64,000 nucleotides of DNA from Candidatus Poribacteria bacterium (GTDB taxonomy: Bacteria > Poribacteria > WGA-4E > JAJDTR01), in NCBI GenBank assembly GCA_965222225.1, contig CBDCTK010000002.1, forward strand, positions 3,488,001-3,552,000. Reading direction: 5' to 3'. A model generated the notes under the pieces. The model worked only from the letters and a program-made list of their open reading frames with translations, was not told where the DNA came from and searched no databases. The position numbers were made by a program, and so were the translations under genes. Positions 42,554-51,861 of the stretch are shown here, piece by piece (position 1 is the first letter of the stretch; each line of letters opens with the position of its first letter).

Positions 42554-42620
42554 TGTAACTGTGATAAAACGCTGCGCGGCATGCTACAATCAGAACACGA
42601 AGTTGACTTGACTGTTTGCT

Positions 42621-43637
42621 ATGCCACAATTCGAGACCTTCCATTTCACGTCTAATAAGCACGGCACCCGACTCGATCAGTTTGTTGAAGCACAATATCT
42701 TGCCACAGTACATTCGACACGACAGCTTTCAAGGACGTACATTCAGCAGCTTATTCGCGATGGCGCCGTAACTGTTAATGGCAAAACTAGCAAACCGGGC
42801 TACAAGCTCCGCAGAGGCGACCAGATTGTCCTCACTCTTCCCGAACCCCACCCGTTAGAAGCAATCTCACCCCAATCTATTGCTCTTGATATCCTCTATG
42901 AAGATTCGAGTTTAATAGTAATCAACAAACTCGCCGGTATGCTAGTCCATCCCGCGGGCGGCGTTTATTCTGGCACACTCGTCAATGCGCTGCTCGGACA
43001 CTGCCAGGATCTATCCGGAATCGGCGGCATAGAGCGTCCCGGAATCGTTCATCGACTCGACAAAGATACCTCCGGTGTGCTAGTTACCGCCAAAACTGAC
43101 CATGCCCACCGAACACTTTCCGCTCAATTCGAAGCCCACACGACAGCTCGGCATTATCTTGCGGCTGTTTGCGAAGTTCCAGAACTTGGAGCCGGGACAA
43201 TTGACGAACAGATCGCGCGAAGTCACAGGGATCGGCGAAAAATGTCGGTCGTGAAGACAAACGGACGACACGCTGTGACTCACTACCGTGTGCTAGAAGT
43301 CTATGAAGGGTTTAGCCTACTTCAGTTGCGCTTGGAAACAGGCCGTCTGCATCAGATTCGTGTCCACCTAAGTTTTATCGGCCACCCGGTAGCGGGGGAT
43401 GCGGTGTATGGAGGCGGCAGAGAACGTGCACAGTCACATGCACCCTCAGTAACTGTGCGACAAGCGCTCATTAAACTAAATCGTCAAGCGCTCCACGCTG
43501 AGACGCTCGGGTTCAATCACCCTGAAACAGACGAAAGATTGGAATTCTCTGCACCAATGCCAAGCGATATGCTGCAAGTCGTTGATGCCCTGAGAAGCAG
43601 TAATCAGGGAATTGCGAATGCGGGGGTGCCGTTGTAG
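42621..43637 (+). CDS. rluD: RluA-family pseudouridine synthase (RluD-like)
   Basis: S4 domain, RPGIVHRLDKDTSG, LETGRLHQIRVH, RQALHA. Confidence 0.9.
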   Translation: MPQFETFHFTSNKHGTRLDQFVEAQYLATVHSTRQLSRTYIQQLIRDGAVTVNGKTSKPGYKLRRGDQIVLTLPEPHPLEAISPQSIALDILYEDSSLIVINKLAGMLVHPAGGVYSGTLVNALLGHCQDLSGIGGIERPGIVHRLDKDTSGVLVTAKTDHAHRTLSAQFEAHTTARHYLAAVCEVPELGAGTIDEQIARSHRDRRKMSVVKTNGRHAVTHYRVLEVYEGFSLLQLRLETGRLHQIRVHLSFIGHPVAGDAVYGGGRERAQSHAPSVTVRQALIKLNRQALHAETLGFNHPETDERLEFSAPMPSDMLQVVDALRSSNQGIANAGVPL

Positions 43638-43970
43638 AAACCTTCCTTGCTATCCCCATAAGAAATCTATAGGTCTAAGGTTACCATCCCACGCGTATGC
43701 TGTTTTCGGTGTTGATTGAAATTAGCGCCTCGGCATCCCACCGACGGACACGATCAGTCTTGACTGGATTGTACTCGGACAATCCAAGCCTACAAACAAC
43801 CTAACCGACAACTCCCGATTCTTCTGGCTTTTTGCCATATTGCTTCCGTACGACTGGCAAACAACCTCTTCTCCTTAGTATTTAGGTGAAGCTACCGACC
43901 AATTGAAGCCAGAATCTGCCCACAGATAATTCAATTCTTACACAACCCATAATACGGAAGGTGAGTCCAA

Positions 43971-43994
43971 TGTTGTAAAACAAATTTTATGACA
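43971..43994. promoter_or_regulatory. Imperfect palindrome, candidate XRE operator
   Basis: TGTTGTAAAA-N4-TTTTATGACA upstream of the XRE gene. Confidence 0.35.
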
Positions 43995-44055
43995 GCAAAT
44001 CCGTCCGAGTCATGCTATTGTTTTTCCCAATAACACCGATTGGAGGGAAGAGCTA

Positions 44056-45189
44056 ATGGATACGGGCAAACTTATCGCCGAATATCGAAAGAAAAACGGT
44101 CTAACCCAAGAGCAACTCGCCGAAGAGATTCATACCTCTCGCCAAACAGTTGCAATGTGGGAAACGGGAAAGCAACTTCCCTCCGACAATGTTGCCCTTC
44201 TTACTGCCCGAGTTCTGGGAATCAATGAAAAGAAACTTCTCGCTCAACTGTCCGAAGATCGATTACATCAGCGGATTGACCACCTCCAGCGCGCCTACGA
44301 TGTGACAATAACCATCGGAGACGAACAGGAGAAACGGACAACTCAAGACTTGCGACAGAAACTTACACAAACCAATGATGACGTTACACTGATAATCACG
44401 CGAATTTACAAGTCAATCTATTGGGATGAGGTTCATGAAGCACTATTTAGCCAAATGTACCGAATGCATGGTCGAGATTTTAATCCTCAGATGGGGCACG
44501 ACAATCCATACCTCTTCCTTCACCTGCTCTGTGAAGACCGCAACAGGCACCTTGATCTGCTTGGCACGCACCACGACATTGAGGACAATCTTGGCAATAT
44601 CGAATCGAAGCGCCTCGTCAGGGCAGGGGCTCTGTCTAGTACTCACTACTACATTGAGGATAACCTTGGTAATCGACCCCACGGGAGGAATCTGTGGAGA
44701 GATGTAAGTGATGAGGCGGGCGGTTCCAGTAGATTCTCCGAGATTATCAGGTGTGATTATCCACTGCAAGGAACAAAGTTCACACTCCATCGTGATTTTG
44801 TGAATCATCATCGGCACGACTGTGACGCAATTCTGTTTGAGGACATCCCGATTGATGGGAAAGGCATAACGAAGAGATTCAAAAATACTGTAATCAGATA
44901 CGATGGTTTTCGTGAGAACGAAATGAGCAATGGCAACGCCATCCACCTTGTGCATAACAATCCTCCAGAAGTGCGCTACGTGGGTGTCAGGCAAGTTGTG
45001 GATAATTTGGGCAACACATATACGCCATGCATAAAAGGTCACTTCCTCGCACGTCGTTCGGATCTTGGGGGCTACTTGGAATACTTCACGCTGAAGGGAC
45101 TTAACCCTAATGCTACGACAATCAGCTTCAAATATCTTTTCGCTCGAACAATTCTTTCTTTTGAATTCAACGATCTGCCGTTGCCTTAG
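44056..45189 (+). CDS. XRE-family HTH regulator with large uncharacterised C-terminal region
   Basis: IAEYRKKNGLTQEQLAE..SRQTVAMWETG..P; three (I/V)(E/V)DNLGN motifs. Confidence 0.85.
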   Translation: MDTGKLIAEYRKKNGLTQEQLAEEIHTSRQTVAMWETGKQLPSDNVALLTARVLGINEKKLLAQLSEDRLHQRIDHLQRAYDVTITIGDEQEKRTTQDLRQKLTQTNDDVTLIITRIYKSIYWDEVHEALFSQMYRMHGRDFNPQMGHDNPYLFLHLLCEDRNRHLDLLGTHHDIEDNLGNIESKRLVRAGALSSTHYYIEDNLGNRPHGRNLWRDVSDEAGGSSRFSEIIRCDYPLQGTKFTLHRDFVNHHRHDCDAILFEDIPIDGKGITKRFKNTVIRYDGFRENEMSNGNAIHLVHNNPPEVRYVGVRQVVDNLGNTYTPCIKGHFLARRSDLGGYLEYFTLKGLNPNATTISFKYLFARTILSFEFNDLPLP

Positions 45190-45462
45190 CAGTTGAAACA
45201 GGGACCGAACCACATTGGCTTGCCAACCGAATTTGGTTTTGCTTTCTGTATCCGCGGACCGATATCAATTGCCATAGACTATCCAGTAAAACATTAGCCA
45301 TGCAAATCTCAACATGCTTAGCCTTTAAGCTATTAGGTTCGATGGCGTTTACAACATGGCTAAGCTAACTCTAGCTATCTGGCTAGAAGCCTAAAGTTTA
45401 CCCGATGGCATTTGAACTAATCCAAACAGAAAATACTTCGCCCGTTCCAGAATAGGAGCGCT

Positions 45463-46974
45463 ATGTTAAGGATTATCATCTGGCGTGAGTTTCTAGCAAA
45501 CATTTTAACACTCCGGTTTTTGCTGGGGTTAATCATTTGTATCGGTTTGGTCAGCCTCAACACGTGGGTGCTCGTGCGAAGTTACACACATCGCCTACAA
45601 GACTATCGGCGCGCCGTGGATGCAAATACAAATGAAGTTCGCAACATCCAAGTTTATTCTGAACTTTCATTTAGACATAGCCCAAGAGCCGAGAAAAAAC
45701 CTCCTTTGCTAAGTATATTCAACGAAGGTCTTGCAGAACGCCTAGGCAATAGCGTGGAGGTCTCCCACACTCTGGTGCCGGTGAAGGCGACGCAACATGG
45801 ATCAGACAATCCTTATCTCGTCGTTTTTCCCCGAACCGACCTGACACTTGTGTTTCAAATTGTGATTAGCCTGCTGGCATTTCTGTTCTCCTATGATGCC
45901 ATTGCAGGCGAGCGTCAGAGCGGCACGCTAGCACTCGTGTTGTCGAATGCTATACCGCGGGGCAAGCTGCTTTTCGGCAAGTATTTGGGCGGGATACTAA
46001 GTTTAACCATTCCCTTGGTATTCAGCCTGCTAGTGGCGCTGCTCTTTATATTTCTATCGCCCCACGTCTCCATTAGCGTATCGGATTGGGCACGGATTGG
46101 TATCTTTTGCCTGGTTTCCCTGATATACATGTCCGTGTTTTTTACCTTGGGTATGCTGTTTTCAACTCGGGTAGGACGTGCAACGACAGCCTTGATTCCC
46201 ATCATGTTCTTTTGGGCCTTGTTTGTATTGATTTTTCCCAGAGCCAGCGCTTTTGCTGTCTCCAAGCTGCTGCCCATCAAATCGGATGCTCACGTAAGCT
46301 TCGAGAGCTATTTCCGCTCATTTTGGTCAAAAAGAGGAGACCTCTCCCAGCACCGGCTGCATGAATTGTGGGAAAATTTCGAGCGTGAACTTGAGGATTT
46401 CAAGAAGAAACGGGATTTCAAACTGGTATTCAATGGTGGAACAAATTTTCGCGCACTTCAAGGTCACGAATATGTCGGATCCTTCGCTGGCCCTCCGGAT
46501 CAACTGCCTACGTTTCACGACTTTCTGCAATTCCAAGAAGAGTTGAACATTCAATATGCGGATGAAGTTGGCAGGATAAGGAGAGAGTATTTAATCCAAA
46601 ACCCGATTCGACAAGCAAAATTGACGCAACAGATTTCCAGTTTCTCTCCGGCGGCGGTTTATTGGCACGCGACCGCAATCCTTACCGGAACCGATCTGGA
46701 CAGCCATCTGCGGTTTTTGGATGAGGCGAGACAATACCGGCGCGAGTTAATCCGGTACCTGCGTGATCAGAACGCATTCGAATCGGAAGCGTGGTACAAC
46801 CCGGAGGCATTCAAAAAGATTGACGCTAGGGACATTCCACTTTTTCGCGAGCATCCCGAGTCGTTGTCAGCGATTCTTTCACGGATGAGTTTTAATGTTG
46901 GGGTATTGATACTTCTGAACGTGGTTTTCTTTCTTCTTACCTATTTGTTGTTTTTGAGGTCGGATGTAAGTTGA
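45463..46974 (+). CDS. ABC-2 type transporter permease, subtype A (pair 1)
   Basis: LSIFNEGLAERLG, GSDNPYL, LFSYDAIAGERQSGTL..GKYLG. Confidence 0.88.
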   Translation: MLRIIIWREFLANILTLRFLLGLIICIGLVSLNTWVLVRSYTHRLQDYRRAVDANTNEVRNIQVYSELSFRHSPRAEKKPPLLSIFNEGLAERLGNSVEVSHTLVPVKATQHGSDNPYLVVFPRTDLTLVFQIVISLLAFLFSYDAIAGERQSGTLALVLSNAIPRGKLLFGKYLGGILSLTIPLVFSLLVALLFIFLSPHVSISVSDWARIGIFCLVSLIYMSVFFTLGMLFSTRVGRATTALIPIMFFWALFVLIFPRASAFAVSKLLPIKSDAHVSFESYFRSFWSKRGDLSQHRLHELWENFERELEDFKKKRDFKLVFNGGTNFRALQGHEYVGSFAGPPDQLPTFHDFLQFQEELNIQYADEVGRIRREYLIQNPIRQAKLTQQISSFSPAAVYWHATAILTGTDLDSHLRFLDEARQYRRELIRYLRDQNAFESEAWYNPEAFKKIDARDIPLFREHPESLSAILSRMSFNVGVLILLNVVFFLLTYLLFLRSDVS

Positions 46975-47011
46975 TTGGCAATACAAAATTTATCTCTAAT
47001 CTTTGTCGTAA

Positions 47012-47276
47012 GCTCGACTTTGTACATTTACGCAGTATCACAGACGGTGTCAATCAAGCGTTCCAGAAAAGCGGGTGAGATTTTAACCATCTGGTCTTTT
47101 AGGTTGACCATTGAAAAAGTCACATCTGCTTCTGCGGGCGAGAACGGGTGTCCCACCCACCCTATGGCATCAGAAAAGACTGCTAGAGGTTTCTACCATA
47201 CTACTGTCGCCCCCGCTGGGGATTTCTTGCAGGAAATGGTGGGCGGTGCTCACCCTACAAATGTACAAAGTCGAGC
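47012..47276. mobile_element. 265-bp non-autonomous element (MITE)
   Basis: Perfect 18-bp TIR GCTCGACTTTGTACATTT / AAATGTACAAAGTCGAGC, TAA on both flanks; REP-like GGTGGGCGGTGCTCACCCTAC just inside the right end. Confidence 0.8.
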
Positions 47277-47559
47277 TAAGGTTTGGATAATTTTAGCCGC
47301 AGTCATACAGTTTTATCAAGGGTGTGGTCAATATTTAGCGAGTTTTGCTGTTCAATGGTTGTTGAGGTAGTTCAAAGTTTTGTACAGAGAATCCAGACAC
47401 AATTTTTGAGAGGACAAACGCTTGCCCGTACCGTTTTTGTCCTTCTAACCCCCAGCGTATTGGGAACATTTTCTCTGGTTGCACCAATAGAAGATGCTAA
47501 CGCAGGGGCCTCCCACAGCTGTTTTGAACTCTGTTTAACGCGCACTAAAGGAGCGAATC

Positions 47560-48387
47560 ATGAGGTTTCTAATAACTTGCTTGATTTATTTAACTATGTG
47601 TGGTATCTCAGTCCTTTCTTTACACACGAATGATGCACATTCTCGCCTCCAGAGTGTGGATGACACGCTTTGGGCAGAACCCCTTCAAACGTTTAAGAAA
47701 TTCCTCAAGACAGATCCTGAAGCCGCACGTGTCGAACTCCACAACGTTGCGAAAACCCTGTTCGGAGAACACATACTCACTGAAGAATGGGTGCCCCTCT
47801 ACTTTCGCCTGAGTCGCGAGGGTACTGATCATCTTTCGGATCTCAAACGTATGTCTGAATTGGAAATCCGAATGCTTACTGCCATTGATGTCAAAAAGTA
47901 TGCCAAACAGATCGAACGCCACCGAGAAAGACTGAAACACTATGATGAACTGTCCAAAATCGCTGAAGATGAAGCACCACCGCCTGAAACGCTTTCCCCT
48001 GGAGAACAGGAAGTCCCCTCAAAAACAGGTCACGAGCATTCCAAAGCATTTCATGAACTACTCCCCACTGACCCCGAAGCCGCACGCGCGGAACTTGCCG
48101 CACTTAGCGTGCTCACGTTTAATGGACACCGGCTTGCGAAAGAATGGGAGGAACTCTATTTTCGCCTTTCTCGTGAGAAGGAAGGCACCCTTTCCGAGAT
48201 TATTCGGCTTCTCGAATTAACAAAGCAGATGCTGAAAGATCATTCCCCTGAAAAACAAGCCAAGGAAATTGAAGATTTAGAAACCACAATAAAAGATCTT
48301 GAACCTATGAGAAACTTGCTCAAACTACAGGGGGGCCTTGATACACAGAAAATTCCCTTCAATTTCAACATGGCTCCCCCTGAATAA
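47560..48387 (+). CDS. Secreted helical protein with two tandem ~110-aa repeats
   Basis: AAGGAG RBS, signal peptide; TDPEAAR.EL..F..H.L..EW..LYFRLSRE occurs twice. Confidence 0.75.
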   Translation: MRFLITCLIYLTMCGISVLSLHTNDAHSRLQSVDDTLWAEPLQTFKKFLKTDPEAARVELHNVAKTLFGEHILTEEWVPLYFRLSREGTDHLSDLKRMSELEIRMLTAIDVKKYAKQIERHRERLKHYDELSKIAEDEAPPPETLSPGEQEVPSKTGHEHSKAFHELLPTDPEAARAELAALSVLTFNGHRLAKEWEELYFRLSREKEGTLSEIIRLLELTKQMLKDHSPEKQAKEIEDLETTIKDLEPMRNLLKLQGGLDTQKIPFNFNMAPPE

Positions 48388-48412
48388 TGTCATGATGCTT
48401 ACCAAACATTAA

Positions 48413-48663
48413 GAGCAGTTTGAAAAAGAAAAAAGTTGTCTGAACGGTTGATGTTTGCGTTTACTCATTGGAAAGGAGTAAACATGAACCGCAAGAGTTA
48501 CCCTAGTGATTTGACCGATGCACAGTGGGAGAAACTGTCATCGCTTCTGCCAACATCTCAACCCTTAGGCAGACCGCTCAAGTGGGAGATATGCTTAATC
48601 ATCAACGCTATCTTTCATGTCGTCAAGTCCGGTCGCCAGTGGCGGATGCTACCCCATGATTAG
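48413..48663 (+). mobile_element. IS5-family (IS1031-like) transposase remnant with left end
   Basis: TAA-GAGCAGTTTGAAAA end; MNRKSYPSDLTDAQW..GRP..INAIFHVVKSGRQWRMLPHD* (48484-48663), truncated. Confidence 0.8.
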
Positions 48664-48725
48664 ACGTACCTATGATGTGGGCACTTTGCACTCGTCGGCG
48701 ACAAACAAAAACAAGGATATTATCC

Positions 48726-50174
48726 ATGTTCTTCCATATCATGAAGCGCGAGATTCTTGACCATCTGATGTCCCTCCGTTTTGCGCTAAGCCTTGTAGCT
48801 GTAACATCGCTCTTGGTTTTGGGGACATTAATCTTTGTCAGCGGTGATTATAAGCAGAAGCTAACGGAGTATTCATTGAACAGTGCCTGGGTCAACGATC
48901 AAATCAGGGGGAGTTGCCAGCAGCTAAACGAGTTGGCTACGCGAGGTCCAATTGCGTTGTACAAACGTCCGAGTGCGTTGGCATTTTGTGCTGCTGATCA
49001 GGAAGACGCATTGCCGACGCACATTGCGGCAGAAGTACGTAGCAGCTCTTCGTGGCAGGGCAGTCGTGGTTCATACAGTTATACCGAACCGTGGAGATTA
49101 CAATATGTACCAGATAGCTATCAAATGAATTCGATGCTTCCAAGAATTGGAGCGCTAGATTGGAGTTATATCATTAGTCTTGTAACAAGTTTTGTGGCAA
49201 TTCTCCTTACCTTTGATGCCATTTCGGGGGAACGAGAAAACGGCACGCTGGCGCTGGTTTTGTCGAATGCCGTATCGCGCGCGGGTGTACTCGCGGGCAA
49301 ATTTCTTGGAGCTTTCATCGTCATTGTAATACCGATGCTGATTGGAATACTGCTGAGTGCCTTAATTGTGAGCCTTTCGGGCATTGTGTCTCTCCACGGT
49401 GCCGACTGGGCGCGTATCGGATTGATGGTGGCTTTATCGTTTATTTACATCGCACTATTTATTGGATTAGGTTTGGCGATTTCGAGTCGTATGAGGCATT
49501 CATCAACTAGCTTAGTCGTGCTGCTGCTCATCTGGATTGTTTTGGTAGTCCTAATACCGAATACGTTCGGTACCGTGGTCAGCACGTTACATACAGTCCC
49601 GTCGCAGCGAGAATTTCAAGAGAAGAGAAGCGCGGCATCGGATTTCAAGGCAATAAATTTTGGTGAAATGTTCAAATACGGCTTCCCAACCGATCCCAAT
49701 CCCGACAGAAGGGCGCTTGAGTGGTGGGCAGACTTTATCACAAACCGGTGGAAGATAGAATCTCGCCTTGATGACGAACATCTTGATGCACAGTTTGCTC
49801 AAGTACAATTTGCTCGTCAGATTTTACGTCTTTCCCCGACAGTAATCTATAACTACGGGATGGAATCCTTGGCGGGCACAGGATTCGCCGGACACGGTGA
49901 ATTTGTAAAAGCTGCTCGGCGGTATCGGCAGCAGTTTATAGAATTCATCAAGGAAACAGACAGTACCGACCCCGGCAGTCCCCACATCTTCTATCTCAAA
50001 GAGGGGTTGTCTCAAAAGCGTGTACCTTTTTCGAGCGTCCCTCGTTTCGAACAGTTTACAAATAACATCTCAGCAGTAGGCGAGATATTGAAGGACTTTG
50101 GTCTGCTAACCCTGTTTTTTGTGGTGATTTTTCTGGCGAGTGTTTTGGATTTCCTAAGATCCGAGGTGCGATGA
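48726..50174 (+). CDS. ABC-2 type transporter permease, subtype B (pair 1)
   Basis: MFFHIMKRE..SLRF, GP..LYKRPS.L.FCA, TFDAISGERENGTL, DPGSPH. Confidence 0.88.
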   Translation: MFFHIMKREILDHLMSLRFALSLVAVTSLLVLGTLIFVSGDYKQKLTEYSLNSAWVNDQIRGSCQQLNELATRGPIALYKRPSALAFCAADQEDALPTHIAAEVRSSSSWQGSRGSYSYTEPWRLQYVPDSYQMNSMLPRIGALDWSYIISLVTSFVAILLTFDAISGERENGTLALVLSNAVSRAGVLAGKFLGAFIVIVIPMLIGILLSALIVSLSGIVSLHGADWARIGLMVALSFIYIALFIGLGLAISSRMRHSSTSLVVLLLIWIVLVVLIPNTFGTVVSTLHTVPSQREFQEKRSAASDFKAINFGEMFKYGFPTDPNPDRRALEWWADFITNRWKIESRLDDEHLDAQFAQVQFARQILRLSPTVIYNYGMESLAGTGFAGHGEFVKAARRYRQQFIEFIKETDSTDPGSPHIFYLKEGLSQKRVPFSSVPRFEQFTNNISAVGEILKDFGLLTLFFVVIFLASVLDFLRSEVR

Positions 50175-50297
50175 AGTGTTTGATTGAACTGACAAGGCAA
50201 TGGACATATATGACCCGATCCCTCGGCTTTTGTTTGGCGCGGGAAGCCATCGTGCCATCAAACCGCCGGAGGCGGTTTGGACAAGCGCGGGTGGCGT

Positions 50298-51443
50298 TTA
50301 CCCTTCCGAATCTGTGACAACCTCCGCCTTTACCGGATTCGCATAACACTGATAATGGCTTTCGACATCCGCCTGTGGTGTAACGCCTTCATGGACATAG
50401 ACGCCGAATCTCAGACGGAAACGGTCATTTTCCAACTCATCAGGCGGGTGGTGGAGAATGCTCATCTGCTCCGGCACGGCGATTTCCCCGAAAAAGCCCG
50501 GGTGTTCAGCGTTTTGCGGGTGATCGAACAACGCCATCCCGTTTATTCCATCGCCCACTGTTCCGCATAAATCGCACCATCGCGCACGCTGATGGTGTAC
50601 CTGCGTTCTGCCAATCTGTCCTTCGGAGTTTTCAACATGCCCTTTTTCCGGGACATCCATTGACGGATTCAGTCGTGCCACAAAAAGAAATTGCCGGGCG
50701 CCGATGTCCAGCGGCGGCGTGGTTTCGTGAGTGATTTCCAAGAATCGCCGTCTATTGTCCCCATACCAGACGCGGGCTGTCCGCCTTTCCGTCATGATGA
50801 CATCGCCATCTCCGCTAACATGGATAAGGTCTTCGACAAATTCGGCGTATATGTTACCCTCGGTGATTCGGGCAAATCGCTGGTGCAGCATCTTGCCACA
50901 GGGGCCATAGGGTGGTTCGTCCCAATCTGACCAGATGTTCGCGGATCCGCCTTCGCCGTGTCCTCCGTAAGCGAGATAAAGCCCGGTGTGGTGGGGATGG
51001 TCACCTCCACCAGCCCCACGTACAACGCTTCCGTGATTCCCGTTGAGTGGCCAAAAGTAGGGTTTCCAGACACCGAGGAAATTGTACCGAGTGAACAACG
51101 CACCATCGGCAGAAATAAGCAAGTGTGCGGGTTTCTGCTCAATCCGATAACGAGCCTCGGGTAGGGGCTCATTCGTGTGTCGAATGGCGTAATGTGCGGT
51201 TGTGCCTGCGGACAACCCATCCGTTTGCCAGGCAAGCTCACGTGTCGTAGGATCGAACTGGCAAGGGATATCTTCGCCGGCGATATGGCCGTTTGCATCA
51301 CATTTGAACACAACAAGCCTCGAAGTTCCCTCCTGCCAATCGTGGAAATGGAGTTTGGGTTTGAAAGTCAAGCGGACGAGGTCATTGTGCCGATCTGCCG
51401 CGCCTGCATCAATTTTAACGATTACTGTTCGATCTCTTGTCAC
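50298..51443 (-). CDS. PmoA-like (DUF6807-type) protein
   Basis: KPYFWPL..DHPHHTGLY, NSEG, ARWCD..G..GMALFDHP.N. Confidence 0.75.
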   Translation of the reverse strand: MTRDRTVIVKIDAGAADRHNDLVRLTFKPKLHFHDWQEGTSRLVVFKCDANGHIAGEDIPCQFDPTTRELAWQTDGLSAGTTAHYAIRHTNEPLPEARYRIEQKPAHLLISADGALFTRYNFLGVWKPYFWPLNGNHGSVVRGAGGGDHPHHTGLYLAYGGHGEGGSANIWSDWDEPPYGPCGKMLHQRFARITEGNIYAEFVEDLIHVSGDGDVIMTERRTARVWYGDNRRRFLEITHETTPPLDIGARQFLFVARLNPSMDVPEKGHVENSEGQIGRTQVHHQRARWCDLCGTVGDGINGMALFDHPQNAEHPGFFGEIAVPEQMSILHHPPDELENDRFRLRFGVYVHEGVTPQADVESHYQCYANPVKAEVVTDSEG

Positions 51444-51861
51444 GGGTTGGCTCCTTTATGGTGTAAATGTACTAATCTGTTTGAATCCCTTGAACGGGGG
51501 CATGATACCACGCAATGGTTTTGAAGTGCAAGTCGTGTGAGTCATTGATACAGAATGCGATTACCTTGGATCAGAGAGGTCTAGGACTTGTCATACGGAT
51601 AGAAAACGGTTACAATCTGAATACCTAGGGATATTTCCTCTTAGGCGCTGAACACCTTGGCCTTGAAGACAAATCAATAGACACTTGGGAAGTTGCAATT
51701 GAGACTACCACAATTAGCCGCAGCCAAATACGTCAGGTTACTGCGCCTTCTGGTGTATCAATCCTCGATTCAAGATATGTGCATCATCGCGCTGAGATGA
51801 TGATAAAATTTGGGAACTTGGATGTGCTCGGGAGTAGAAGACATAGATATAGGTTTCCACT

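Noticed and set aside
41977-42582. 201-aa minus-strand ORF
   Set aside because: Antisense shadow of iscS
44443-45213. 256-aa minus-strand ORF
   Set aside because: Antisense to the XRE gene; no recognisable motifs
46975-47633. ORFs 46975..47370 and 47283..47633
   Set aside because: They overlap the MITE or the next gene and lack a clear RBS; probably spurious
50298-51443. Methane monooxygenase activity for the PmoA-like protein
   Set aside because: The family name is a database label; the protein is soluble and lacks pMMO membrane features and pmoC/pmoB neighbours
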